Assembly (NCBI GenBank): GCA_963612845.1
Contig: CAVDWO010000002.1
Coordinates: forward strand, 15,335-79,334
Source: Alistipes onderdonkii
Lineage (GTDB): Bacteria; Bacillota; Clostridia; Oscillospirales; Oscillospiraceae
Reading direction: 5' to 3'
Length of the DNA stretch: 64,000 bases
The notes under the pieces are model-generated. The model saw only the letters and a program-made list of their open reading frames with translations. It was not told where the DNA came from and searched no databases. Positions 1 through 9,773 of the stretch are shown here, piece after piece (position 1 is the first letter of the stretch; every line of letters starts with the position of its first letter). A program made the position numbers and the translations under genes.

Positions 1-365
1 TGTCGATGTATTTCGGTATGTGGTTCGGCAAGCGCAAGATGGCGCCGCACGTCAGCCCGCACAAGACCTGGGCGGGCGCGGTCGGCGGTCCCATCGGCAG
101 CGCGCTCGCGATGCTGCTGCTCGGCTTCATCGGGCAGAGGTGGCTCGGCTACGCGCCGGACTATCCGATGCTCGTCCTTGCGGGCGTGGTCGGGAACGTG
201 TTCGGGCAGCTCGGCGACCTTTCAATGTCGCTTATCAAGCGCGAGGCGGGCGTGAAGGATTACAGCCGCCTGTTCCTCACGCACGGCGGTATGCTTGACC
301 GGTTCGATTCGACTATGTTCATCGCGCCGGTCGTGTATCTGCTGGTGCTGGCTGGGGCGCTGTGA
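1..365 (+). CDS. cdsA: Phosphatidate cytidylyltransferase, 3' part (starts before window)
   Basis: SPHKTWAG and KDYS..HGGMLDRFDS motifs; position upstream of rseP. Confidence 0.93.
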   Translation, partial: SMYFGMWFGKRKMAPHVSPHKTWAGAVGGPIGSALAMLLLGFIGQRWLGYAPDYPMLVLAGVVGNVFGQLGDLSMSLIKREAGVKDYSRLFLTHGGMLDRFDSTMFIAPVVYLLVLAGAL

Positions 366-392
366 CGGAGAATCTAAATTTTAGGAGTAAGC

Positions 393-1457
393 ATGGTCTA
401 TATTCTCATTGCGATACTGATCTTCGGCGTGCTGATCGCCGTGCATGAGCTGGGGCATTTCCTTGCTGCCAAGGCGTGCGGCGTGCGCGTCAACGAGTTT
501 TCCATCGGCATGGGTCCGCAGCTCCTGCACAAGACGAAGGGGGATACGGAGTATTCCCTGCGCCTGCTGCCCATCGGCGGCTTCTGCGCGATGGAGGGGG
601 AGGACGGGGAGTCCGACGACGAGCACGCGCTGGGCCGTCAGGTCTGGTGGAAGCAGCTCATCATCTTTGCCGCGGGCGCGTGCATGAACTTCCTGACGGG
701 GTTTCTCATCGTCGTCTGCCTGTACGCGGGCGCGGCGGGGTTTTATACCGCAGAGATCGTCGAACTCCAGCCGGAGCTCACCGCGCAGGGTGAGGACGGG
801 CTGATGGTCGGCGACGTGATCTGCGCGGTGAACGGCGAGCGCGTCTATCTCAAGAGCGACATCGCGATGCTGCTGAGCCTCGGCGGGGACGACGGCACGC
901 TGGAGCTGGGCGTCCTGCGCGGCGGCGAGCGGCTTGAGCGCACGCTGACGAAGCGCACCTTTACCGCGTCCGACGGCTCGGAATATCAAGCCTACGGCTT
1001 CACCTACGGGGGCGTCGTTAAGGCGACGCCGCTCGTGCGGCTGCAATACAGCTGGTACCAGACGATGGATTACGTCCGCATCGTGCGGCTTAGCCTACAG
1101 ATGCTTTTCAGCGGCGCGGCGGGCGTGGACGATCTGAGCGGACCGGTGGGCATCGTCTCGACGATCACCGAGGTCGGCAAGGAGACCGAGGCGCAGTCGG
1201 GCTTCGGCGCGGCGCTGGAGAGCGTGCTCTTTTTCGCCGCGATGATCGCGGTGAACCTCGCCGTGATGAACCTGCTGCCGCTGCCCGCGCTGGACGGCGG
1301 ACACATTCTGTTCCTCGTGGTGAATCTGATCGCCGCGGCGCTGTTCAAGCGGGAGATCCCGCCCAAATATCTGAACGCTATCAACGGCATCGGCTTCGCG
1401 CTGCTGATGGCGCTGATGCTGTACGTCACGTTCCACGACGTGGTCAAGCTCATTTGA
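393..1457 (+). CDS. rseP: RIP metalloprotease RseP (M50, PDZ)
   Basis: HELGH zinc motif, NLLPLPALDGG motif, SD AGGAG. Confidence 0.95.
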   Translation: MVYILIAILIFGVLIAVHELGHFLAAKACGVRVNEFSIGMGPQLLHKTKGDTEYSLRLLPIGGFCAMEGEDGESDDEHALGRQVWWKQLIIFAAGACMNFLTGFLIVVCLYAGAAGFYTAEIVELQPELTAQGEDGLMVGDVICAVNGERVYLKSDIAMLLSLGGDDGTLELGVLRGGERLERTLTKRTFTASDGSEYQAYGFTYGGVVKATPLVRLQYSWYQTMDYVRIVRLSLQMLFSGAAGVDDLSGPVGIVSTITEVGKETEAQSGFGAALESVLFFAAMIAVNLAVMNLLPLPALDGGHILFLVVNLIAAALFKREIPPKYLNAINGIGFALLMALMLYVTFHDVVKLI

Positions 1458-1468
1458 GGAGGGATCGC

Positions 1469-2506
1469 ATGAGCAGGAGGATCTTTGCCGGGAGCGTCGC
1501 CATCGGCGGCGGCTCGCCGGTCACGATACAGTCGATGTGCAACACGCGCACCGAGGACGCGAAGGCGACAGTCGCGCAGATCCGCGCGCTGGAGGCGGCG
1601 GGCTGCGAGATCGTGCGCGTCACCGTGCCGAACATGGACGCGGCGCGCGCGCTGAGCGAGATCCGGGAGAACATCACCATTCCGCTCGTGGCGGATATCC
1701 ACTTCGACTACCGCCTCGCCGTGGAAGCGGCGGCGCGCGGCGCGGATAAGATCCGCATCAATCCCGGCAACATCGGGGGCGAGGAGTGCGTAAAGACGGT
1801 GGTCGGCGCCTGCCGCGCGCGCGGTATCCCGATCCGCGTGGGTGTGAACGGCGGGTCGCTGGAAAAGGACCTGCTGGAAAAGTACGGCCGTGTGACGCCC
1901 GAGGCGCTCGTCGAGAGCGCGCTGCGCCATGTGCGCCTGCTGGAAAAATTTGATTTTACCGATATCTGCCTGTCCGTCAAAAGCTCGGACGTGCCGCTCA
2001 ACATGGCGGCGTACCGGCTGCTGCACGAGCGGGTGGACTATCCGCTCCACCTCGGCGTGACCGAGGCGGGGACGCCGTCGATGGGGCTGATCAAGTCCGC
2101 CGTCGGCATCGGCGGGCTGCTGTGCGAGGGTATCGGAGACACCGTGCGCGTGTCGCTCACGGCGGACCCCGTGGAGGAGGTCTATGCCGCCAAGCGCATC
2201 TTGCAGGCGTGCGGGCTGCGCGGCGGCGGGGTGAACCTGATCTCCTGCCCGACCTGCGGGCGCACGGCGTATGACATGATCCCCATTGCCGAGGAGCTGG
2301 AGCGCCGGCTCGCCGGCTGCGGGAAGAACATCACGGTCGCTGTGATGGGCTGCGTGGTCAACGGACCGGGCGAAGCCGCCGCCGCGGACATCGGCGTGGC
2401 GGGCGGCAAGGGCGAGGGGCTGATCTTCCGAAAAGGAAAAGTGCTTTACAAGGTACCGCAGGAGGGGCTTGTGGACGCGCTGATGCGGGAGATCGAGCGG
2501 CTCTGA
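1469..2506 (+). CDS. ispG: HMBPP synthase IspG
   Basis: LVADIHFDY, RINPGNIG, CPTCGR, MGCVVNGPGE; ATG 1469 after GAGGAGG. Confidence 0.97.
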   Translation: MSRRIFAGSVAIGGGSPVTIQSMCNTRTEDAKATVAQIRALEAAGCEIVRVTVPNMDAARALSEIRENITIPLVADIHFDYRLAVEAAARGADKIRINPGNIGGEECVKTVVGACRARGIPIRVGVNGGSLEKDLLEKYGRVTPEALVESALRHVRLLEKFDFTDICLSVKSSDVPLNMAAYRLLHERVDYPLHLGVTEAGTPSMGLIKSAVGIGGLLCEGIGDTVRVSLTADPVEEVYAAKRILQACGLRGGGVNLISCPTCGRTAYDMIPIAEELERRLAGCGKNITVAVMGCVVNGPGEAAAADIGVAGGKGEGLIFRKGKVLYKVPQEGLVDALMREIERL

Positions 2507-2528
2507 ATTTTGGAAAAGGGCGAAGACT

Positions 2529-5500
2529 ATGGCACAGAAGATACCGTTTTTTGAATTGTTTACCGACTTTATGCCGGAGTTTGAGCTGCGCGTGCCGCTG
2601 AACGCCGCGACCGTGACGGGCATGGTGCTGGAGGCGGAGGCACGCGCGATGACGCTCGATATGACGGTGCGCGCCGAGCTGAGCGGCGCGGCGCGTGAGA
2701 AGCTGGAGCGCCAGCTCGCGCGGCACTACGAGCTCACGCGCGTGACGCTGAACGTCCGCTCGACGGCGGAGAGCTTCCCCGACCCGGCGAAAAACGCGGG
2801 GCGGAAGGTCTCCGGCAGCGGGAGGATCATCATGGGGCGCGAGATCAAGGGGCGCGTGCTGCCGATCGCCGAGCTGACCGCAAAGAGTGAACACGTCGCC
2901 GTCGAGGGGCGGGTCTTCAAGCTCGACTGCCACGAGACGCGGCGCGCCGGAACGTGGACGATGCTGCTGGAGATCACGGATTTCACCGGCTCGCTGATGA
3001 TCCGCCGCAATATGCTGCCCGAGGACGAGGCGCGCGCGCTGCTGGGAAAGATCGAAAACGGCATGTGGCTGCGCGTGGCGGGGCGGATGGAGCTGACCTA
3101 CGACGGCAAGGATATGCAGCTCAACCCGCGGGACATCATGCAGATCGAGCACGCCGAGCGCATGGACACGGCGGAGGAAAAGCGCGTGGAGCTGCACCTG
3201 CACACGCGTATGTCCAACATGGACGCGCTGACCGACACCGCCGCGGTCGTCAAGCGCGCGATCAAGTGGGGGATGCCCGCCATTGCCATCACCGACCACG
3301 GCGTGGCGCAGAGCTTCCCGGACGCTTGGCACACGGGCGAGGGTAAAATAAAACTACTTTACGGGTGCGAGGGGTATTTCCTTAACAATCTGGACGACCG
3401 CATCGCCGTACACGGCGCGCAGGACGGCGATTTTTCGACGGAGATCTGCTGCTTCGACATTGAGACGACCGGACTGAAGGCGGCGCACGACGCGATCACG
3501 GAGATCGGCGCGGTCATTCTGAAAGACGGCGAGATTACGGACACGTTCCAGACCTTTGTCGACCCGGAGCGGCGGCTCTCGCCGGAGATCGTCGGGCTGA
3601 CGGGCATTACGGACGAGATGCTGCGCGGCGCGCCGAAGCTGGAGGACGCGCTGCGCGCGTTCCTCGACTTTGCGGGCGGCCGTCCGCTCGCGGCGCACAA
3701 CGCGGAGTTCGACATCAGCTTTATCCGCGCGGGCTGTGGGCGCTGCGGCATCGCCTTCGACCCGACCTATCTCGACACGCTGATCTTCGCGCAGAATCTG
3801 CTGCCGGAGCTGAGCAAGCACAAGCTCGACATCGTGGCGGACCATTTGCAGCTGCCGCAGTTCAACCACCACCGCGCGTCGGACGACGCGGTGCCTGTGG
3901 CGCAGATGCTCGCCAAGTTCTTCCCGATGCTGGAGGAGCGCGGCGCGACGCGCTTGCAGCAGATCAACGGCGAGATGGCGAAGCTCCGCCCGCTGGGGCA
4001 GAAGCGCAGCCGCTATCCCAAGCACATCATTCTGCTGGCAAAGAACAAGGTGGGGCTGAAGAATTTGTATCAGCTCATCTCGGCGTCGAACCTCAAGTAT
4101 TTCAAGCGCGTGCCTATCATTCCCAAGAGCGAGCTGAACGCGCACCGCGAGGGGCTGATCGTCGGCTCGGCGTGCGAGGCGGGCGAGCTGTTCCGCGCGG
4201 TCGTCGATCACAAGGACTGGAGCGAGCTGAAGCGCATCGCGTCGTACTACGATTTTCTGGAGATCCAGCCCATCTGCAACAACCGCTTCATGGTGCGCGA
4301 CGGTACGGCGCGCGACGACGAGGAGCTGCGGGACTTCAACCGCACGATCGTCCGGCTCGGCGAGGAGCTGGGCAAGCCCGTCTGCGCGACGGGCGACGTT
4401 CATTTCCTCGACCCCGAGGACGAGGTCTACCGCCATATCCTGCTGGCGTCGAAGAAGTTTGCGGACGCGAACGCGCCGCTGCCGCTCTACTTCCGCACGA
4501 CGGACGAGATGCTCGCGGAGTTCGATTATCTCGGCGCGGAGAAAGCCTATGAGGTCGTGGTGACGAACACGCGCGCGGTCGCCGAGCAGGTCGAGGATAT
4601 CGAGCTGCTGCCCAAGGGGCAGCTTTTCCCGCCGCGGCTGGAGAACTCGGAGGAGGACCTCAACCGCATGGTTTGGGGAAAGGCACACGAGCTGTACGGC
4701 GACGAGCTGCCGCAGCTGATCGTCGATCGGCTGAACGTTGAACTGGGTGGTATCCTCGGCAAGTACGACGTGGTCTATATGTCGGCGCAGAAGCTCGTGC
4801 AGCGCTCGCTCGAGTGCGGGTATCTGGTCGGCTCGCGCGGGTCGGTCGGCTCGTCGCTCGTGGCGTATATGGCGGGCATCACCGAGGTCAACGCGCTCCC
4901 GCCGCACTACCGCTGCCCGAAATGCCGCAGCGTGGAATTCCACGGCGGGGAGGGCTACGGCTGCGGCGCGGATATGCCGGACAAGGTCTGCCCCGCGTGC
5001 GGCACGAAATACGTCAAGGACGGGTTCGATATCCCGTTCGAGACCTTCCTCGGCTACGGCGGCGGCAAGGTGCCGGATATCGACCTGAACTTCTCGGGCG
5101 AGTATCAGGCGCGCGCGCACCAGCACGCGGTCGAGATGTTCGGCAAGACGCAGGTGTTCCGCGCGGGCACGATCGGCACGCTCGCGGAGAAGACCGCCTA
5201 CGGCTTCGTCAAAAAATACCTTGAGGAGAACGGCATCGCCGCGGGCGCGGCGGAGATCGACCGCCTGACCGCGGGCTGCGTCGGCGTGCGGCGCACGACC
5301 GGTCAGCACCCCGGCGGGCTCGTCGTCGTGCCGGACGACATGGATATCGAGGATTTCTGCCCCGTGCAGCACCCGGCGGACGATCCCAACAGCGAGACCA
5401 TCACCACGCATTTTGAATACCACTGCATGGAGGACAACCTCCTGAAGCTCGATATGCTCGGGCACGATGACCCAACGATGATCCGTATGCTCGAAGGGCT

Positions 5501-6512
5501 GACGGGCGTGAACGCCCGCGCGATCCCGCTCGACGATCCGGACACGATGTCGATCTTCACCTCGTCGAAGGTGCTCGGCTACGAGAACGACGAGGTGCTC
5601 GGTCCCACGGGCGCCGTGGCGATCCCGGAGTTCAACACGCGCTTCACGCGCCAGATGCTCGTCGATACGCAGCCGAAGGATTTCAACACGCTGCTGCGGC
5701 TGTCCGGCTTCTCGCACGGGACGGACGTGTGGCTCGGCAACGCGAAGGAACTGATCGTCAGCGGCACCGCGAGCGTTCTGGAGACGGTCGGCTGCCGCGA
5801 CGATATCATGCTCTACCTCATCTCCATGGGGCTTGACCCGAAGATGAGCTTCAAGATCATGGAGGCGGTGCGAAAGGGCAAGGTCAAAGCCGGCAAGGCG
5901 GGGGACTGGCAGACGTGGGTCGAGGAGATGCGCGCGCACGACGTGCCGGAGTGGTACATCGAGTCGCTCGCGAAGATCGGCTACCTCTTCCCGAAGGCGC
6001 ACGCTGTCGCCTACGTCATGATGGCGTTCCGCATCGCGTGGTTCAAGGTACACGAGCCGCTCGCGTTCTACGCGACGTTCTTCACCATTCGCGCCAAGGC
6101 GTTCGACGCCGCCGAGTGCTGCAAGGACGCCGACGCGCTGCGCCGCCGCATCCGCGAGATTGAGAACAACAAGGACGCGACCGCCGTGGAGCAGGATCTG
6201 ATGACGACGCTCGAGGTCTGCTACGAGTTCTGCCTGCGCGGCTTCCACTTTGACACGATCGACATTTACCGCAGCGACGCGACGAAGTTCCTCGTCACGG
6301 AGAACGGGCTGCTGCCGCCGTTCACGTCGGTGCATGGGCTGGGCGAGACCGCCGCGCTCGACACGGTCGAGAAGCGCAAGGGAAAGGACTTTACATCGAT
6401 CGAGGAGTTTGCCATGTGCTGCAGCAAGCTCTCGCAGACGCACATCGAGCAGCTCAAGGCGCTCGGAGCGTTCGCGGGACTGCCGGAGACGAGCCAGCTG
6501 ACGCTGTTTTGA
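2529..6512 (+). CDS. polC: DNA polymerase III PolC-type
   Basis: PHP ELHLHT, inserted exonuclease FDIETTG, GSRGSVGSS, PDIDLNF, zinc finger CPKC..CPAC. Confidence 0.98.
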   Translation: MAQKIPFFELFTDFMPEFELRVPLNAATVTGMVLEAEARAMTLDMTVRAELSGAAREKLERQLARHYELTRVTLNVRSTAESFPDPAKNAGRKVSGSGRIIMGREIKGRVLPIAELTAKSEHVAVEGRVFKLDCHETRRAGTWTMLLEITDFTGSLMIRRNMLPEDEARALLGKIENGMWLRVAGRMELTYDGKDMQLNPRDIMQIEHAERMDTAEEKRVELHLHTRMSNMDALTDTAAVVKRAIKWGMPAIAITDHGVAQSFPDAWHTGEGKIKLLYGCEGYFLNNLDDRIAVHGAQDGDFSTEICCFDIETTGLKAAHDAITEIGAVILKDGEITDTFQTFVDPERRLSPEIVGLTGITDEMLRGAPKLEDALRAFLDFAGGRPLAAHNAEFDISFIRAGCGRCGIAFDPTYLDTLIFAQNLLPELSKHKLDIVADHLQLPQFNHHRASDDAVPVAQMLAKFFPMLEERGATRLQQINGEMAKLRPLGQKRSRYPKHIILLAKNKVGLKNLYQLISASNLKYFKRVPIIPKSELNAHREGLIVGSACEAGELFRAVVDHKDWSELKRIASYYDFLEIQPICNNRFMVRDGTARDDEELRDFNRTIVRLGEELGKPVCATGDVHFLDPEDEVYRHILLASKKFADANAPLPLYFRTTDEMLAEFDYLGAEKAYEVVVTNTRAVAEQVEDIELLPKGQLFPPRLENSEEDLNRMVWGKAHELYGDELPQLIVDRLNVELGGILGKYDVVYMSAQKLVQRSLECGYLVGSRGSVGSSLVAYMAGITEVNALPPHYRCPKCRSVEFHGGEGYGCGADMPDKVCPACGTKYVKDGFDIPFETFLGYGGGKVPDIDLNFSGEYQARAHQHAVEMFGKTQVFRAGTIGTLAEKTAYGFVKKYLEENGIAAGAAEIDRLTAGCVGVRRTTGQHPGGLVVVPDDMDIEDFCPVQHPADDPNSETITTHFEYHCMEDNLLKLDMLGHDDPTMIRMLEGLTGVNARAIPLDDPDTMSIFTSSKVLGYENDEVLGPTGAVAIPEFNTRFTRQMLVDTQPKDFNTLLRLSGFSHGTDVWLGNAKELIVSGTASVLETVGCRDDIMLYLISMGLDPKMSFKIMEAVRKGKVKAGKAGDWQTWVEEMRAHDVPEWYIESLAKIGYLFPKAHAVAYVMMAFRIAWFKVHEPLAFYATFFTIRAKAFDAAECCKDADALRRRIREIENNKDATAVEQDLMTTLEVCYEFCLRGFHFDTIDIYRSDATKFLVTENGLLPPFTSVHGLGETAALDTVEKRKGKDFTSIEEFAMCCSKLSQTHIEQLKALGAFAGLPETSQLTLF

Positions 6513-6520
6513 AAAGAGAA

Positions 6521-6563
6521 AAAAGCGGGATCCGCCTTTCGGCGGATCCCGCTTTTGTTTTTT
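6521..6563. terminator. Bidirectional intrinsic terminator
   Basis: AAAAGCGGGATCCGCC-TTTC-GGCGGATCCCGCTTTT between convergent genes. Confidence 0.9.
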
Positions 6564-6566
6564 GCG

Positions 6567-7439
6567 TTACAGCCCCAGCTCCACCGCGCGGCGCAGACGC
6601 ACCTTGCCGTCGAGCGCTTCGTCGATGGTGTGGATCAACGCCGCGCGGTCGCGGTTGAGCGTGCCGCCGAGGGGGAGGTAGTTCGAGGCGTGGTTCGAGC
6701 GGAAGACGCTGCCCTCGGAGTCGATGTGCTCGAGGAACAGCCGCGTCTCGGTCATCAGCTCGGTGGGGTTCATCATCCGGAACTCGCCGCGCTCGATCCA
6801 GTCGTGCAGCGGCGTGCCGGAGTAGACGCGCAGCGTGAGGAAGGCGATATAGTCCGGCTTCATGCGGGAGACGGCGTTCGCCGTGTCGACCGCGTGGGCG
6901 CGCCAGTCGCCGTCCGCGCCCGCCATGCCGTTGATGGCGGTGACGGAGGTGGCGATGCCCGCCGCCTTGCAGCGCAGGGTGCTCACGACCGTTTCCTCCG
7001 CCGTGACGCCCTTGCAGAACTTCTTCAAAAGCGCCTCGTTGCCGCTCTCAAGCCCGATGTAGACGATGCCGAGTCCGTGCTCGCGCAGCGTGCGCAGTTC
7101 CTCGTCCGTCTTGCGCATGACCGCCTTGGTCGTGGCGTATGCCGCGACGCGGCGGCACTCGGGGAAGTATTGGCGGATATAGTCGAGCACGGTCAGCAGA
7201 TAGTCCATCGGCAGGATCAGCGCGTCGCCGTCGGCAAGGAAGACCTTTTCGATAAAGCGGCTGTAGGAGCGCGCCTCGGCAAGGTCCATGAGCACCTGCT
7301 CGACGGGGTTGATGGAAAATTTCTTGTCCTTATACATCGTGCAGAAGGCGCACTTATTGTGGCTGCACCCGAGCGTGCACTGCACGATCAGGCTGCGCGC
7401 CTCGCTGGGGGGACGGTAAACGGCTCCGGAATAGTGCAT
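6567..7439 (-). CDS. Radical SAM protein, function unknown
   Basis: YRPPSEA N-terminus, GCSHNKCAFC cluster motif, FLADGDA, GLESG. Confidence 0.88.
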   Translation of the reverse strand: MHYSGAVYRPPSEARSLIVQCTLGCSHNKCAFCTMYKDKKFSINPVEQVLMDLAEARSYSRFIEKVFLADGDALILPMDYLLTVLDYIRQYFPECRRVAAYATTKAVMRKTDEELRTLREHGLGIVYIGLESGNEALLKKFCKGVTAEETVVSTLRCKAAGIATSVTAINGMAGADGDWRAHAVDTANAVSRMKPDYIAFLTLRVYSGTPLHDWIERGEFRMMNPTELMTETRLFLEHIDSEGSVFRSNHASNYLPLGGTLNRDRAALIHTIDEALDGKVRLRRAVELGL

Positions 7440-7449
7440 GGCTCCTCCT

Positions 7450-7842
7450 TTATTCTGCCAGCTTGGCTTGGCATTTGTCCATGAAGCGGTCCACAGTGAC
7501 GACGGCGCGCTGGTGCGTACCCTCGCCGATGAGACCGGCGGCGTCGGTCACGACCGCCTTGAAGTCGATCAGCTTGCCGTTAGCGGAGATGCCCGTGACC
7601 TCGACGGTCGCGCAGACCTCCATGCCGACGGGCGAGGGGGAGACGTGGGTGACGGCGACAGCCGTGCCGACGGTGCTCTTTCCCTCGGGCAGCTCCTGCT
7701 GGAGATAGGCGAAGGCGGCGCTCTCGACCATGGCGACGAGGTACGGCGTGCCGAACACGGGCAGCCCGCCGCTGCCGAGCGCGGCGGCGGTCATGTCCTC
7801 CGTGACGGTTTTTCTGACGGTATAAGTATCTCCGATCTTCAT
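7450..7842 (-). CDS. Hot-dog fold thioesterase (FlK-like)
   Basis: GSGGLPVFGTP..E, TVGT..H..PSPVG, GTHQR motifs. Confidence 0.85.
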   Translation of the reverse strand: MKIGDTYTVRKTVTEDMTAAALGSGGLPVFGTPYLVAMVESAAFAYLQQELPEGKSTVGTAVAVTHVSPSPVGMEVCATVEVTGISANGKLIDFKAVVTDAAGLIGEGTHQRAVVTVDRFMDKCQAKLAE

Positions 7843-7864
7843 GCTGAATACTCCTTTGTCTGCT

Positions 7865-9769
7865 TTACTTTGCCGCCTTGACCTTGATCCAGAGACGGCT
7901 CAGTTCGCGCATGAGCACCTGATTGTCGTGGAACATCTCGTCCTCCTCATAGCCGCTGCGGGGGAGGTAGGCGGCGTTCTCGGCGTAGAGGTCCGCGGAC
8001 GTGGTCATTTCCTCGAATACCTCCGCGTTGGGAGAAGTATACCCCACCGTCTCGGTGTTGTCAAACGCGGCTTCGTAGGTGAGCATATAGTTAATGAACT
8101 CGTGGGCGAGGCTGGGATTCTCGGCGTTCCGGGGAATGACCATCGCGTCGCACCAGATGTTCGTCCCCTGATAGGGCATATAGAAGCTCATGTCCTCGTT
8201 CTCGTCGAGGATCACGGTCGCGTCGCCGGAGTAGACGACGGCGATGTCCTTGTAGCCGTTCATCATGCCGTCGATGACCTCGTCGGTCACGTAGACGGGA
8301 GACATGGTGTCGTTCATTTGCAGGAGCCACTCGTAGGCGGCGTTGATCTCGTCGGGATCGTTGGTGTTCATCGAGCAGCCCAGCGCCTTGAACGCCATCA
8401 TGAACGAGTCGCGCTCGGAATCGTAGATGTAGATCTGACCGGCATAGTCGGTGTCGCGCAGGAGCTCCCAGCCCTCGCGCTCGACGACGGTGGGATCGAC
8501 GTTCTCATGGTTGTAGACGAGTCCGACGCTGCCCCAGAAGTAGGGGACCGAGTAGGTGTTGTCAGGGTCGTAGCTCATGCCGCGCACGGAATCCGTCAGG
8601 TTCTCCATGTTGGGGATCAGGCTCTTGTCGAGCGGCTGGAGGAAGTCCTCCTTCGTCAGCCGCTCGATCATATAGTCGGAGGGGATCACCACGTCGTAGC
8701 GGTCGCCCGCCATGAGCTTGGTATACATCATCTCGTTGGAGTCGAAGTTCTCGACGATGACGCGCACGCCGAACTGCTTTTCAAAGTCGGAGATGACGTT
8801 CTCGCCGAGGTATTCGCCGGGGAGGTAGAGCTTGAGGACGTTGCTGCCGTATTTTTCGACCGCCGCCGCGCTCCGGCGGCTCTGCGCGAGCCCCGCGCCG
8901 ACGGTGCCGCCGAGGACGGCGAGCGCCAGCACGCCCGCGGTGACCGCCGCGGCTCTGCGGCTCATGCCGCGCGGGGCTTTGCCGTCCGCTTCGCGCTTTT
9001 CGCGCAGGATCGGCACGAGGTTCACAACGCCGAGCGCCAGCGTGATGAGCAGGATCACGATGGTCGAGAGGGCGTTGATGGACGGGTTGACGCGCTTGGA
9101 CATGGTGTAGACGAGGATCGAGATGTTGCTCACGCCGTTGCCCGTGGTGAAGTAGGAGATGACGAAATCGTCGAAGCTCATCGTGAAGGCGATCAGCGCG
9201 CCGGAGACGATGCCCGGCTTGATCTGCGGGACGATGACGCGGGTGAGCGCCTGATAGGGCGTCGCGCCGAGGTCCATCGCCGCGTCGATGAGGTTCGGGT
9301 CGAGCGAGCGGAGCTTGGGCGTGACGGAGAGCATCACATAGGGGATGCAGAACATGATATGCGCGAGCAGGAGCGTTCCGAAGCCCTTTTTGACCGAGAG
9401 CACGCTGAAGAACATCAGCAGCGAAATGGCGGTGACGATATCGGGATTCATCACCGGCAGGTCGTTGACGCGCTCGACCAGCTTCTGCACGGCCTTTTTC
9501 GACTTGGAAAGCCCGATGGCGGTGACCGTGCCGACGACGGTGGAGACTGCCGTTGCGATGAGGGCGATGACGACGGTGTAGAACACCGCCTCCATCATCG
9601 TGGAGTCGGCGAACATCTTCTCGTACCAGCGCAGGGAAAAGCCGCTGAACCTCGTCAGCGAGCGGGAACCGTTGAACGAAAAGACGATGATATAGAGAAT
9701 GGGCAGGTAGAAAAAGAGCAGCGTGAGCGTGAGGATCACGTGGGAGAGGATTGAGGATCTCTTTTTCAT
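7865..9769 (-). CDS. potCD: Spermidine/putrescine ABC transporter permease PotC fused to substrate-binding PotD
   Basis: N-terminal permease (DAAMDLGAT, SFDDF) plus C-terminal FDSNEMMY, PSDYMIERL, PYFWG, GTNIWCDAM. Confidence 0.92.
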   Translation of the reverse strand: MKKRSSILSHVILTLTLLFFYLPILYIIVFSFNGSRSLTRFSGFSLRWYEKMFADSTMMEAVFYTVVIALIATAVSTVVGTVTAIGLSKSKKAVQKLVERVNDLPVMNPDIVTAISLLMFFSVLSVKKGFGTLLLAHIMFCIPYVMLSVTPKLRSLDPNLIDAAMDLGATPYQALTRVIVPQIKPGIVSGALIAFTMSFDDFVISYFTTGNGVSNISILVYTMSKRVNPSINALSTIVILLITLALGVVNLVPILREKREADGKAPRGMSRRAAAVTAGVLALAVLGGTVGAGLAQSRRSAAAVEKYGSNVLKLYLPGEYLGENVISDFEKQFGVRVIVENFDSNEMMYTKLMAGDRYDVVIPSDYMIERLTKEDFLQPLDKSLIPNMENLTDSVRGMSYDPDNTYSVPYFWGSVGLVYNHENVDPTVVEREGWELLRDTDYAGQIYIYDSERDSFMMAFKALGCSMNTNDPDEINAAYEWLLQMNDTMSPVYVTDEVIDGMMNGYKDIAVVYSGDATVILDENEDMSFYMPYQGTNIWCDAMVIPRNAENPSLAHEFINYMLTYEAAFDNTETVGYTSPNAEVFEEMTTSADLYAENAAYLPRSGYEEDEMFHDNQVLMRELSRLWIKVKAAK

Positions 9770-9773
9770 GCGA

